In this document: one piece after another, positions 47,771 through 57,689 of the stretch
How positions within the stretch are numbered: the stretch's first letter is position 1
Layout: each line of letters begins with the position of its first letter
DNA from: an uncultured Candidatus Saccharibacteria bacterium
GTDB taxonomy: Bacteria > Patescibacteriota > Minisyncoccia > Phycocordibacterales > UBA2100
DNA: 64,000 nucleotides
Assembly: GCA_964362175.1 (NCBI GenBank)
Contig: CAYIDD010000001.1
Location: 569-64,568 of the forward strand
Direction: 5' to 3'
The notes under the pieces: generated by a model
Databases searched by the model: none
What the model was told of the DNA's origin: nothing
Seen by the model: the letters and a program-made list of their open reading frames with translations, nothing else
Made by a program: the position numbers and the translations under genes

Positions 47771-48727
47771 TCAAAGTTCCGAAATAATGCGGGCGATCTT
47801 TTCCGAATCGTGGCGCGCAATATCAGCCTCCGAGAAAAAGTCTCCGGTGATTATCTTCTCCGTGTACTGCGAGAGAGCCTCGTCGCATTCCATGGGATAC
47901 TTCTTCTCTTTCTCGTATGCGGCCGCGAGTTGCGGGTTCATCTTTTGCGTGTTGCATATCACGTAATCAAATTTTTTGAGGCCGCTGTATCGCAAAAGCT
48001 CTTGTACCATATCGGAGGCCTTAAACCCGTGCGTCTCCCCCCACTTGGTCATCAAATTGCATATCACGATCTTCTTTGCAGTGCTCGCGGCAAGCGCCTC
48101 TTTCATACCAGTCGTCGCAAGTGTCGGCACAAGAGATGAATAGAGGTCGCCGGGGCCGATAACAATGAGGTCGGCCTCGCGGATCGCTGTATCGGTCTCT
48201 TCGTAGATATGCGCAGGCGGATCGAGGAATATCTTTTTGATCCGCAGGTTGCCATCGTGTTTTGGGATGTCGATGTTAGTCTCCCCCACGATCTCAGAAC
48301 CATCCTCAAGAGTGGCGTGCACATGCGATCTATCGAGTGAGACCGGAAGAACTTTGCCCTTTATATTAAGAAGTTCGGAGGCTTTGCGGATGCCCTCTAT
48401 CTCGCCGCCATAAATGGCGGAAAGCGCCGCGAGAAAAAGGTTGCCGAAACTGTGTCCGCTGAGCGAACTATTCCCGTTCTGAAAACGATAGTTGAGAAGT
48501 TCGCGAAGAATTTCCGCTTGCCCCTCATCTGCGAGAGCCAAAAGCCCGCGCCGCACATCACCCGGAGGCAGAATGCCGAATTCGTCGCGCAGCACTCCAG
48601 CCGACCCGCCCGAATCGAACGAGGTGAATACTGCGGTGATATCGAGTGGAAATTCTTTTAGGCCGCGCAGTAAGGTATAGCCACCGCTGCCTCCCCCGAT
48701 CCTAACGACCTTCTTCCCTTTGGTCAT
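47771..48727 (-). CDS. YvcK/GlmR family protein
   Basis: IGGGSG, DSGGSAG.LR..PPGD.R, GHSFGNL, GPGDLYSS, RHD. Confidence 0.92.
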   Translation of the reverse strand: MTKGKKVVRIGGGSGGYTLLRGLKEFPLDITAVFTSFDSGGSAGVLRDEFGILPPGDVRRGLLALADEGQAEILRELLNYRFQNGNSSLSGHSFGNLFLAALSAIYGGEIEGIRKASELLNIKGKVLPVSLDRSHVHATLEDGSEIVGETNIDIPKHDGNLRIKKIFLDPPAHIYEETDTAIREADLIVIGPGDLYSSLVPTLATTGMKEALAASTAKKIVICNLMTKWGETHGFKASDMVQELLRYSGLKKFDYVICNTQKMNPQLAAAYEKEKKYPMECDEALSQYTEKIITGDFFSEADIARHDSEKIARIISEL

Positions 48728-48770
48728 GATTGGGAAACTCTATACCCTAGCCGCGACCTTGGCAACGACT

Positions 48771-49364
48771 TTATCGAGCGGATACGCCAAATTTCTTAAG
48801 CTCGGCGACGACATCCAAAAGCGGCAGACCGGCAATATTATTGATATCTCCGTCCGTCTTTTGTATCAATTTCGCTCCGCCTCCCTGAACGACATACGCC
48901 CCCGCCGCATTGAGCGGCTCACCCGTAGCCACGTAATCCAGAATCTCTTGTTCAGGCAATTTCCGCATCGTCACGCGGGTCGCAACGACTTTTGCAACCG
49001 ATTTCCCCGTCTTTGAATCCGCGATGGCAAATCCGGTCAGGAGTGTATGTGTTTTTCCGCTCAACATTTTCAACATCTGAACAGCTCGCTTCGGAGTAAG
49101 TGGTTTGCCCAAAAGTTCCCCGCGAAATACGGCAAACGTATCCGCCGCGAGCACGACCGCATCCTTATGCCGTGTGGCTGCCTTTTTCACTTTACCGAGT
49201 GCGAGCGTCCGCGCGAGCACGCGCGGCGAGAGCTTGAGCCCCATGTTTTCTTTGTAGCCACTTTCCTCAACCGTAAATCGGAAACCCGCCTTGGTGAGTA
49301 TGTTTTTGCGCCACGGAGAAGCAGAGGCGAGGATCAATTTTTTCATTTGATTTTGCGAAATCAT
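48771..49364 (-). CDS. maf: Maf nucleotide pyrophosphatase
   Basis: ILASASPWR, AADT, GKP, AGAY..QG, GLP. Confidence 0.92.
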   Translation of the reverse strand: MISQNQMKKLILASASPWRKNILTKAGFRFTVEESGYKENMGLKLSPRVLARTLALGKVKKAATRHKDAVVLAADTFAVFRGELLGKPLTPKRAVQMLKMLSGKTHTLLTGFAIADSKTGKSVAKVVATRVTMRKLPEQEILDYVATGEPLNAAGAYVVQGGGAKLIQKTDGDINNIAGLPLLDVVAELKKFGVSAR

Positions 49365-49400
49365 ATCGCGTACCGTCCATTAAAACGCGACCCCCCACTA

Positions 49401-49429
49401 TTGCACACCCGAAGCATTGCTGCTACCAT
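49401..49429 (+). promoter_or_regulatory. metK promoter
   Basis: TTGCAC-17-TACCAT with extended TG. Confidence 0.6.
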
Positions 49430-49448
49430 TGGCTGACTCCCCCCATAC

Positions 49449-49540
49449 GTATCAAGCGTGCGGCGAAGGAACTGACCTTACGCCCCGCCGGCAACCTACT
49501 CGAAGAGCAAGGTGCCCTCAGACCCTAAAAGGGACGATAC
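49449..49540 (+). promoter_or_regulatory. SAM-I (S-box) riboswitch
   Basis: P1 GTATC/GATAC, ATCAAG, P2 with AAGG-AACTGA-CCTT, P3 GGCAACC/GGTGCC, pseudoknot CTGA/TCAG, P4 CCCT/AGGG; upstream of metK. Confidence 0.88.
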
Positions 49541-49592
49541 TTCTCACGAATATCTCCCCTACAGGGGAGATTAATCGTTTACATAATCAGCC

Positions 49593-50645
49593 ATGTTCCA
49601 CTCATTAGAGCGATACACGACAGAGTCCGTAACCTCCGGTCATCCGGATAAAGTGTGCGATCAAATATCAGACGCGATCTTGGATGCCTGCCTCGCACAA
49701 GACCCGAATAGTCGCGTCGCGGTCGAATCATTCGGCAGCCACGGCACACTCATGCTCGGTGGCGAGGTGAAAACGAGCGCGAAAGTAAATTTCGAAAAGA
49801 TCGCACGCAGCGTGTATCGCGATATCGGGTACACTGACACGCTCAAGGTGCTCAATACTATCGCTAGGCAATCCCCCGACATCGCAATGGGCGTCGATAC
49901 CGGCGGCGCGGGAGATCAGGGCATCATGTACGGCTATGCAACGAATGAGACGAAAGAGATGCTCCCGCTCGGAGTCGTCCTCTCACATGCGCTCGCGCGC
50001 CGTCTTGAGAAATTGCGGCGCGACAAAACGCTGAAGTGGCTCAAGCCGGACGGCAAGACGCAGGTCACCATCGCGAATGGAAAAGTTATCACCGCGCTGT
50101 GCTCCACGCAACATGATAAGAAAGTCTCTCAGGAGGAGATCCGCAGGGGGCTCATCAAACATCTCTTCAGGCCGGTCTTGGGCAATTTGAAGGACATCGA
50201 GATCCTCGTAAACCCGACGGGACAATTTATCATCGGCGGCTTCACCGCAGACGCAGGTCTTACGGGCCGCAAGATCATGGTGGATACGTATGGCGGTGTC
50301 ATGCCTCACGGCGGTGGTGCGTTCTCCGGCAAAGACTCGACCAAGGTAGATCGCTCTGCGGCCTACATGTGCCGCTTCGTCGCCAAGAATTTGGTGGCGA
50401 ATGGTTACGCCAAGAAAGCGCTCGTCTCCGTGGCTTATGCCATCGGTCGCATTGAGCCTGTCATGATCGAAGCGTTCGACGAACACGGCAAGAATCTCAC
50501 AAAAATAGTCAGGGAGAACTTCGACTTCCGTCCCCGCGCGATCATCGATCGACTCAATCTCCGCAAACCAATCTTCCGCGAAACAGCCGCCTACGGCCAC
50601 TTCGGTGTGAGTGGTAGACCTTGGGAGAAAATCGTGAAGATTTGA
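49593..50645 (+). CDS. metK: S-adenosylmethionine synthase
   Basis: ESVTSGHPDK, GAGDQG, GLTGRK, GGGAFSGKD, YGHFG. Confidence 0.97.
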   Translation: MFHSLERYTTESVTSGHPDKVCDQISDAILDACLAQDPNSRVAVESFGSHGTLMLGGEVKTSAKVNFEKIARSVYRDIGYTDTLKVLNTIARQSPDIAMGVDTGGAGDQGIMYGYATNETKEMLPLGVVLSHALARRLEKLRRDKTLKWLKPDGKTQVTIANGKVITALCSTQHDKKVSQEEIRRGLIKHLFRPVLGNLKDIEILVNPTGQFIIGGFTADAGLTGRKIMVDTYGGVMPHGGGAFSGKDSTKVDRSAAYMCRFVAKNLVANGYAKKALVSVAYAIGRIEPVMIEAFDEHGKNLTKIVRENFDFRPRAIIDRLNLRKPIFRETAAYGHFGVSGRPWEKIVKI

Positions 50646-50722
50646 TCTTCTTGAGCATTGACATCTCTTATTTTTGAGGTACTATTTCCCGAGTTGAAAC
50701 GCTTTAACCGAGAGGTGCTCAC

Positions 50723-51262
50723 GTGAATAGGAAGTTTCCAGCGAAAATCTATCGCGAGGATCCACATCACCGCATTCCGACGGGCTGGCTCGACGATCCG
50801 ACGTATGCCGCCGCGATGACGGGTTTCGTCATCGTCTGCACTGATGCCATGGTCATAGACCGTGTGCGGCGGACGGTGTGGCTCGCAGACAGGACGATCC
50901 TTCCAATGAAAGGGCTCTGGATACTGGGAGGCCGCCGCCTCCCGGGAGAGGCCATAGAGGCGTCGATCCAGCGATGCCTGGAGCGCGAGGCAAGGCTCAC
51001 GTTCGCGCGCGAACGATTCGAGTACCTCACACAGAACGAATACGTGTGGAGCACTCGGCAACAAGAGCCGCGGAACGTCGGCTCGCACAATCTGGCCGAC
51101 ACGTTCGCTATCGAGCTCACGAAAGATGAGCGCGATACCGTATCTCGCTCGCTTACGCCGAAGGAATACAAGCCCGGAGGCCTCCGGGAATTCGATCGGC
51201 AAGGTCTTCGCGATGCCAAGGTGCACCCTGCCCTGCTCGATCTTTACGACTTGGTTTTCTGA
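50723..51262 (+). CDS. NUDIX hydrolase
   Basis: GGRRLPGEAIEASIQRCLEREARL Nudix box; TTGACA promoter, GAGG SD, terminator at ~51280-51318. Confidence 0.8.
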   Translation: MNRKFPAKIYREDPHHRIPTGWLDDPTYAAAMTGFVIVCTDAMVIDRVRRTVWLADRTILPMKGLWILGGRRLPGEAIEASIQRCLEREARLTFARERFEYLTQNEYVWSTRQQEPRNVGSHNLADTFAIELTKDERDTVSRSLTPKEYKPGGLREFDRQGLRDAKVHPALLDLYDLVF

Positions 51263-51318
51263 CCCGAACAGGGTTGTAAGAGCCATCCGCCGCGCCCGAA
51301 AGGATGCGGCGGCTTTGT

Positions 51319-51593
51319 TTACTCAACAGTGACCGACTTCGCGAGGTTGCGGGGGCGGTCGGGGTTGTAGCCTTTTTCGCGCGAGAAGTAGTAGGAGAAG
51401 AGATGCAGCGGGACGATATTCACTATCGGAGAAAGCATCTCCGTTGTCTTTGGCACATAGATAACGTCGTCGGCAAGCTTTGCGATCTCCGTGTCACCTT
51501 CTGTCGCGACAGCAATGACGTGGCCTTTGCGCGCTTTTATCTGCTGAATGTTGGAGAGCATCTTTTCGTATACGCTGTCATCCGTAGCGATCG
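51319..51593 (-). pseudogene. Duplicated 3' fragment of glmS
   Basis: 275 bp matching 53715-53989; identical except 5 synonymous changes in the last codons. Confidence 0.9.
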
Positions 51594-51760
51594 ACGAACA
51601 CGGCAAGAATCTGACAAAAGTTGTCCGGGAGAACTTCGACTTCCGTCCGCGCGCCATTCAAGACCGCCTCGGCCTCCGCAAACCCATCTTCCGCGAAACC
51701 GCCGCCTACGGTCACTTCGGTGTGAGCGGTAGACCTTGGGAAAAAATAATCAAGATCTAA
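51591..51760 (+). pseudogene. Alternative 3' fragment of metK
   Basis: 170 bp aligning to 50476-50645 with about 25 substitutions (hand count), frame and stop kept. Confidence 0.9.
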
Positions 51761-53430
51761 GATTCGCTATTTCCCTCACGGTGGGACCCGACCACTAACG
51801 CAAATACGTTGCCATCCCCTTGAAACTCGGAGTACTTCTCGTCATCAATATTAGGTATATCAATCTCCGTCTGTACAACAGAGTAATCAGCCCCATCCAA
51901 AAATTTATCCGTTGCTTCCCCTATGTAATCGTAATTTGATATCAAAGCCTGTTCAGCATTCACCGAAATCAACGATATCCCCTTTTCTCTCGCCTCAGTT
52001 TCTAACTTAGAAAAGATATTTCGTATCGCGACATCCCAATCAAGCGCGACGGGAATTTGTATGGCATCTAAATGCCAGACTTTCTGTGTCTTGTCATCTT
52101 TTGTTGTTGTCGACAACAGATAGATATTCCCGACATGTTTATTATCAGGATCATATACTTTCACGTTGTAGAGCGGGAGGACAAGGTCGTCAAACGGAAG
52201 AGGGCGCCCGTCCGTGCAGTCACCACTTACGGCCCCAGGATTCCGATCGAGCGTCTCGTCTGGCCTTGCGTCAAGAGTAAATATAGATTTTTTGCCTTCC
52301 ATTCCTCCGTGAACAAGCTGTCGTTGCAGAGATTTGATTTTTCTGTTCAGATACTGCGCAACAGCTTCTGGCCCTAGGAAGAAGGTTGCAACGCCCGCGA
52401 GCAGGCGTTGGTTGAATTCTCGTTTACTCTTGAGTGTTTTGAGTTCGCCGCTCAAAGCTCGTTTTTCTTCGTTCGTGGCGGTCTTCATTCTTTCTCGCAA
52501 TTCGCGCTCCGTGTCCGACGCCAAGGTATGCTCACGAGTCGCATTAAGTGCTTGCGAGATCTGATTGGCATTCAAGAGCTTGTCTGCTGCGCCATGTAAA
52601 TCGTGACGCTCCAGGATCCTTGCGAATAAGCGCTTGCTGATGTCGAAGATATTATTTCCAAACTTTGCCTGTGTCTCATCAGACATTTCGACCGGATAAA
52701 ATAAATCGCCTCCCTGCGGCTGGTTTTCCGTTAGTTTTTGCCAAGACTCTTCTCGATAGAAATCTGGATCCGCCAACTTACCTCGCAGTCGCTCGAGCGA
52801 TTCGTATAGCTCTATTGATGCCTCTCCTGGCCATTTCTCAAAATCATCATCTTCGAAATTGTGCGTGTGCTTTTCTTGGATATCGTGAGGTTTGACCTTT
52901 TCAAACTCTGCGCAACCCTTTCTCACCAAACTCTTCACGCGATCGTAGAATATATCGCCGAGAAATTCATCCAGTTCCTTTGGAGTTACTTGCCCAAGAT
53001 GTTCGAGCATTGCTGGATCTTTGAGCTCTTGCAGGAGAGTGGATAGAGGGCTTCCATCGCCATCTATTTCCTTGATACAAGTTTCAGCTTCAGGGGAGAC
53101 TGCATTTTCCAGTGCTTCTAAGTTACCGAAAAGCAAGTCAACTTCCGAAAAGTCGATACGTCTTCCCATCTTGTTCCCTGATACCTCAAACGAGAGTGTC
53201 TCGAACGGGACATTTTCTTTCTTACGTTCGATTGCTTCCTGTTTTTGTTGTTTTTCTCTTTCGATCTCTCCTATTCTAGATTTTGGAATGATGCGATCGC
53301 CATCTTCGATTCGAGTGTATCCAATTGCCTCCAGGGCTTCGTCGGGGATGTCTCGAATATTCTTGTGTTGGCCCAATAAGTCCTGGATCGTTGGTTGCTT
53401 TTGTCCAGGCGGTCGTACCCTCTCCGGCAT
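51757..53430 (-). CDS. Hypothetical protein (557 aa), AT-richer
   Basis: Long acidic ORF; TATAAT 7 nt before MPERVR; C-terminal GDC..GNIYL..HLDAIQ alpha/beta domain. Confidence 0.75.
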   Translation of the reverse strand: MPERVRPPGQKQPTIQDLLGQHKNIRDIPDEALEAIGYTRIEDGDRIIPKSRIGEIEREKQQKQEAIERKKENVPFETLSFEVSGNKMGRRIDFSEVDLLFGNLEALENAVSPEAETCIKEIDGDGSPLSTLLQELKDPAMLEHLGQVTPKELDEFLGDIFYDRVKSLVRKGCAEFEKVKPHDIQEKHTHNFEDDDFEKWPGEASIELYESLERLRGKLADPDFYREESWQKLTENQPQGGDLFYPVEMSDETQAKFGNNIFDISKRLFARILERHDLHGAADKLLNANQISQALNATREHTLASDTERELRERMKTATNEEKRALSGELKTLKSKREFNQRLLAGVATFFLGPEAVAQYLNRKIKSLQRQLVHGGMEGKKSIFTLDARPDETLDRNPGAVSGDCTDGRPLPFDDLVLPLYNVKVYDPDNKHVGNIYLLSTTTKDDKTQKVWHLDAIQIPVALDWDVAIRNIFSKLETEAREKGISLISVNAEQALISNYDYIGEATDKFLDGADYSVVQTEIDIPNIDDEKYSEFQGDGNVFALVVGSHREGNSES

Positions 53431-53464
53431 GATTTGCATTATACTCCGGGCTATACTGGAGCAC

Positions 53465-53728
53465 ATGGACCTCCTTGAACAACGTGTGCAGAAAATCGAG
53501 CAACGGAACAACTCCGTGGAGATGGATAAGGCTTGGGAAACAAGCTGGACGAGGACAGGGCTCGTCGCCGCATTCACCTACATAACGATGGGTGTTTTTC
53601 TATCATTCATCGACGTCACACGACCGTGGCTCTCGGCGACTGTGCCAACGTTGGGCTTTGTTCTCTCAACGCTCTCGATGCCGTATTTCAAGCGCGCGTG
53701 GGGCCGGAAACGAACTATTCTACGGTAA
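53465..53728 (+). CDS. Small membrane protein
   Basis: MDLLEQRV..DKAWETSWTR plus two TM helices; TATACT 7 nt before the ATG. Confidence 0.8.
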   Translation: MDLLEQRVQKIEQRNNSVEMDKAWETSWTRTGLVAAFTYITMGVFLSFIDVTRPWLSATVPTLGFVLSTLSMPYFKRAWGRKRTILR

Positions 53729-55568
53729 CCGACTTCGCGAGGTTGCGGGGGCGGTCGGGGTTGTAGCCTTTTTCGCGCGAGAAGTAGTAGGAGAAGAGAT
53801 GCAGCGGGACGATATTCACTATCGGAGAAAGCATCTCCGTTGTCTTTGGCACATAGATAACGTCGTCGGCAAGCTTTGCGATCTCCGTGTCACCTTCTGT
53901 CGCGACAGCAATGACGTGGCCTTTGCGCGCTTTTATCTGCTGAATGTTGGAGAGCATCTTTTCGTATACGCTGTCATCCGTAGCGATCGCGAACGTCGGG
54001 AAGTTCTCATCTATCATCGCGATCGGTCCGTGCTTCATCTCACCGGCACCGCACCCTTCCGCGTGGATGTACGAAAGCTCCTTCAGCTTGAGCGCACCTT
54101 CGTACGCGATAGGCATGTTGTACTTCCTTCCGATGTACAAAAAATCGCGCACGTGCGCATATTTCCTTGCCAATGCCTCGACCTTCTCCCGCTGATCAAG
54201 AATAGATTGTATCTTCTGAGGCAGAGCCTTCAGTTCACGGGCGACCTCTTTCCCCTCGGCCTCGGACATGCCGCGTTGGCGACCGAGAAAGACCGTAAGC
54301 AGTGCCAGAGCGACAAGTTGCGAGATGAATGCTTTGGTGGAGGCAACGCCGATCTCGGGACCCGCATGATTGTAGACACCCGCATCCGTTTCCCGCGCGA
54401 TCGTGCTCCCCACTGTGTTTACGATGCCGAGCGTGAGGGCCCCATGCCGCCTTCCTTCGCGAAGAGCCTCAAGTGTATCTGCGGTCTCGCCGGATTGCGA
54501 TATGCCGAGCACGATGGTGCGCTCGTTGACGACGGGCTTGCGGTAGCGGAATTCGCTTCCAAGTTCCACTTCAACGGGAATGCCTGCGTGCTCTTCGAGC
54601 ATGTACTCCCCTACCAAGCCCGCGTAATACGCCGTGCCACACGCCACGATGATGATGCGGTCAATTTTTTCTAGCTGCTTCGCGACGCTCTCAAGCCCGC
54701 CGAGTTTCGCAAGACCGGTGTGCGGGATAAGCCGACCACGCAGTGTATTTTCCACCACCTCTGGCCCCTCCATTATTTCTTTCAACATGAAATGTTCGTA
54801 GCCTCCCTTCTGCGCCTCTTCCGCAGTCCAGTCAATATCCGTGGTGTCTCGCTTTACCTTTGAAGAATCCAACTTGAAGATCCTGTGCCCGTCGGGCGAA
54901 ATGACAGCGACATCGCCATCCTCGAGAAAAACGACCTTGCGCGTATGCGGCAGGATGGGCGAGGGGTCGGATGCGATAAAGTGCTCACCGTCGCCGAGTC
55001 CCAACACTATGGGAGAACCCATCCGCGCGGCAATGATGCGGTCAGGCTCTTTTTTATACTGCAGCGCAATGCCGTAGGTACCTCGTACCTCGTTGAGAGC
55101 TGCCAATGCTGCCTCTTCAAATGTTTTCTTTTTTCCTCCGGAGGAGGATCCGCCTTCGGCGGACAAGTGCTCCTCCACGAGATGCGCGAGCACCTCCGTG
55201 TCCGTCGACGATTTGAATTCATGACCGGCCTTCTCGAGCTTACGTTTCAATTCCTTAAAATTCTCGATGATGCCGTTGTGCACTACCCAGATCTCGCCCG
55301 TGGAATCGGAGTGCGGATGTGCATTTGCTTCGGTCGGCTCTCCGTGCGTCGCCCATCGAAGGTGCGCGATACCGCTTTTCCCTTCGAAACCTTTCGGCAT
55401 TTTCTTACGCAATTCGGCGACCGCACCGGGGGTGCGCACACTTCCGCTTTCAGGAGTGTAGATACCCGCAGAGTCGTAACCCCGATATTCGAGCGAAAGA
55501 AGCCCATCCAAAAGGATCCCGCCGGCGTCTTTTCCCCTCTTCCCCGTATACGCAAAAATACCGCACAT
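53715..55568 (-). CDS. glmS: Glutamine--fructose-6-phosphate transaminase
   Basis: MCGI, LEYRGYDSAG, HNGIIEN, SQSGET, PRNLAKSVTVE. Confidence 0.98.
   Translation of the reverse strand: MCGIFAYTGKRGKDAGGILLDGLLSLEYRGYDSAGIYTPESGSVRTPGAVAELRKKMPKGFEGKSGIAHLRWATHGEPTEANAHPHSDSTGEIWVVHNGIIENFKELKRKLEKAGHEFKSSTDTEVLAHLVEEHLSAEGGSSSGGKKKTFEEAALAALNEVRGTYGIALQYKKEPDRIIAARMGSPIVLGLGDGEHFIASDPSPILPHTRKVVFLEDGDVAVISPDGHRIFKLDSSKVKRDTTDIDWTAEEAQKGGYEHFMLKEIMEGPEVVENTLRGRLIPHTGLAKLGGLESVAKQLEKIDRIIIVACGTAYYAGLVGEYMLEEHAGIPVEVELGSEFRYRKPVVNERTIVLGISQSGETADTLEALREGRRHGALTLGIVNTVGSTIARETDAGVYNHAGPEIGVASTKAFISQLVALALLTVFLGRQRGMSEAEGKEVARELKALPQKIQSILDQREKVEALARKYAHVRDFLYIGRKYNMPIAYEGALKLKELSYIHAEGCGAGEMKHGPIAMIDENFPTFAIATDDSVYEKMLSNIQQIKARKGHVIAVATEGDTEIAKLADDVIYVPKTTEMLSPIVNIVPLHLFSYYFSREKGYNPDRPRNLAKSVTVE
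55134..55163. repeat. 30-nt palindromic element inserted in frame in glmS
   Basis: TCCGCCGAAGGCGGATCCTCCTCCGGAGGA (minus strand) encodes SAEGGSSSGG. Confidence 0.8.
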
Positions 55569-55599
55569 CGAGCCACTTTAGCACGTTTGTCCGAAAAAA

Positions 55600-56586
55600 T
55601 TAACGCAGAATAATGTCGGCGATATCCGCGCGAAAGACGTTGATGGCGGAGCGGATGGAGGTTGCGTCAGGAGGACGCTTTGGGTACGTGCGGTTGGAGA
55701 GAATGACGAACGCAATGCCACGCTCAACATCGCATACGACCGATGTGCCGGTAAAACCTGTTTTGCCGAAAGTGTGTGGGCCGCAGCCTGTACCCATGAA
55801 CCACGGTTGATCGAGCTGCCAACCCAAACCTTTTTGCGCCCCCTCAACAACGTTCGGGTATGTACCCTGCAATAGGCTCTCCAAAAAATTCAAAATATCG
55901 GGGGCCGTTGAGAATAATCCTGCGTGGCCCACGGCTCGATGCGCGCGCGCGAAGACGCGCGCGCTTTCGTCGTGCACGATGCCGCGGATCTCTTCCCCCG
56001 CTTCATCGATCTCTGTTGGTGCCACCCGTACTTTATCGCGGGGGAAAAACGTCGTGTCCTTCATACGAAGCGGCCCGAAGAGATCCTCATTCGCAAGAGC
56101 GGGAAGTATCGATCCCCCGACACGCTCGAGAATTATGCCGAGCAAAAATGCCGGAAGATTCGTATACTCGAACTTCCCCGGTGGAGCGTCGAATCCATAT
56201 GAAAAAATATATTCCGATAGTTCCTCTGGTCTTTTATCTTTAAGAGTCGACATCTGTATCCCGTGTACGGCGTAGGTCAACAGGTGCTCGATGGTCGCCC
56301 CATGATCATTCTGTAGCTCGGGGACATATTTCTTCACCGGATCGGAAAGATCGAACTTTCCCTGCTTCAGGAAATTCAGCGCGAGCGAGGCGGTCGGTAT
56401 CGATTTTGTCACCGATGCAAGATCATACATGGTGTCTTCATGTACCGGTATATCCGCTTCGTATATAAAATGTCCGAAGGGCAACACCTCTCGCTCCCCC
56501 GATTTTTTCACGACACCAATAACGCACCCCGGAAATACTTTCTCCGCAATCGCTTTTTCTGCCCGAACCTTGATATCGCTACGCAT
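55600..56586 (-). CDS. Serine hydrolase, beta-lactamase class C-like
   Basis: SVTK, YTN and KTGFTG motifs. Confidence 0.9.
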   Translation of the reverse strand: MRSDIKVRAEKAIAEKVFPGCVIGVVKKSGEREVLPFGHFIYEADIPVHEDTMYDLASVTKSIPTASLALNFLKQGKFDLSDPVKKYVPELQNDHGATIEHLLTYAVHGIQMSTLKDKRPEELSEYIFSYGFDAPPGKFEYTNLPAFLLGIILERVGGSILPALANEDLFGPLRMKDTTFFPRDKVRVAPTEIDEAGEEIRGIVHDESARVFARAHRAVGHAGLFSTAPDILNFLESLLQGTYPNVVEGAQKGLGWQLDQPWFMGTGCGPHTFGKTGFTGTSVVCDVERGIAFVILSNRTYPKRPPDATSIRSAINVFRADIADIILR

Positions 56587-57649
56587 CCGGATATGCTTCT
56601 TTAATTTCTTTCGCGAGATACGGGTTCCACATAGCACCGGTGGCGGTCATCACCACATCAGCCCCCGCATCGCGGTACTCTTTAAAATCCGTAGGGATCG
56701 TCACGCCGCCACTACCGAGAATTGCATACTTCATGCCAAATTCTTCCCGCAAACTCTTGAGGCGCCGCACCATGTCGAGCCCCGCCCACTTGACCGCATG
56801 GCCGCAAATGCCGCTCTTTACCCTGTGTGCGCCGGGGAGTGCCTGCGTGCCATCGGGATTCACGACGGGTGCGGGAATGGTATTTATCGCTGCGAACCCG
56901 TCCACCACGCTGCCAACCTCTCTCACCAATTCCCTGAGGGAGGGCTCATCAAAATACGCTATCTTTATGACGAGTTTTGTATCCCCTATTTTGTTTTTTA
57001 TCGCCTCGGATATTACGCGTACCTTGGGCACATCGAAACAGAGGAGTTGCGCAGCGCCTTCATTGGGACATGAAAAATTTGTCTCGACCACCTTTACCCC
57101 CGTATCCTTGATCATCTGCGCCCCCTGCACCCAATCGTCGATATAATCTTCGGGCGAAAATCCTTCCCACTTGGTGCCCTCAAAACTACACATCACCAAT
57201 TGGCCGGGTTTGGCGTACGCGACGCAATCATGTAAGTCCTTTTGCCAAACGTCGGACTCGTACGAGGGATTGCCGAAGGAGTTGGTGATGGAAAGCGGTT
57301 CCCTGTATTCATTGCGAACGACAACGGGCGTATTCGCCATCTCGAGCGTGAGGTCGCCCTTGATATCCGCGCCCAGCACATTGGGCCACTGATTGGACTC
57401 GCGCGCGCGGCTGCGCACGGTCTTGTGTACCGGTACGTCGAATCCCTTATCGAGCGCCGCCTTCACGAATTTTCCGTTCAAAAGCGGTCCTGCAGGAATA
57501 CCGAGGGGATATGAGAGTTTGTGCCCCAGAAGATCAAACCGTGGTTCCCCTGCGGGCAATACCACCCCATCCACAAAATCGTTGAACGGCCCTTGCTCCC
57601 AATTCTCGGCGTAGGTCTTTGCGGGGTCGAAGAATGGTGCTCGCAACAT
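56579..57649 (-). CDS. Dihydroorotate dehydrogenase-like flavoprotein
   Basis: GIPAGP, KT, NFSCPN, INT, SG..G, GSGGV. Confidence 0.8.
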   Translation of the reverse strand: MLRAPFFDPAKTYAENWEQGPFNDFVDGVVLPAGEPRFDLLGHKLSYPLGIPAGPLLNGKFVKAALDKGFDVPVHKTVRSRARESNQWPNVLGADIKGDLTLEMANTPVVVRNEYREPLSITNSFGNPSYESDVWQKDLHDCVAYAKPGQLVMCSFEGTKWEGFSPEDYIDDWVQGAQMIKDTGVKVVETNFSCPNEGAAQLLCFDVPKVRVISEAIKNKIGDTKLVIKIAYFDEPSLRELVREVGSVVDGFAAINTIPAPVVNPDGTQALPGAHRVKSGICGHAVKWAGLDMVRRLKSLREEFGMKYAILGSGGVTIPTDFKEYRDAGADVVMTATGAMWNPYLAKEIKEAYPDA

Positions 57650-57689
57650 GTCTGGAGTATAACGCTCTCAGCCGTGCAACAAAAGCGCA

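Noticed and set aside
51319-51657. 112-aa minus ORF and 70-aa plus ORF (51548-51760) as novel fusion genes
   Set aside because: Both are by-products of the glmS3'/metK3' junction, with antisense-derived N-termini.
50476-51760. DGR template/variable repeat pair in the duplicated metK end
   Set aside because: Differences are mostly synonymous and not adenine-specific, and no reverse transcriptase is in the window.
53592-54674. Long antisense ORFs (360 aa opposite glmS, 304 aa opposite nrdJ, 284 aa at 11290, 254 aa opposite hisS)
   Set aside because: Shadow frames of GC-rich coding sequence with no recognisable motifs.
55569-55599. glmS ribozyme
   Set aside because: Only 31 nt lie upstream, with a TAAAGT -10-like box close to the ATG; there is no room for the ribozyme.
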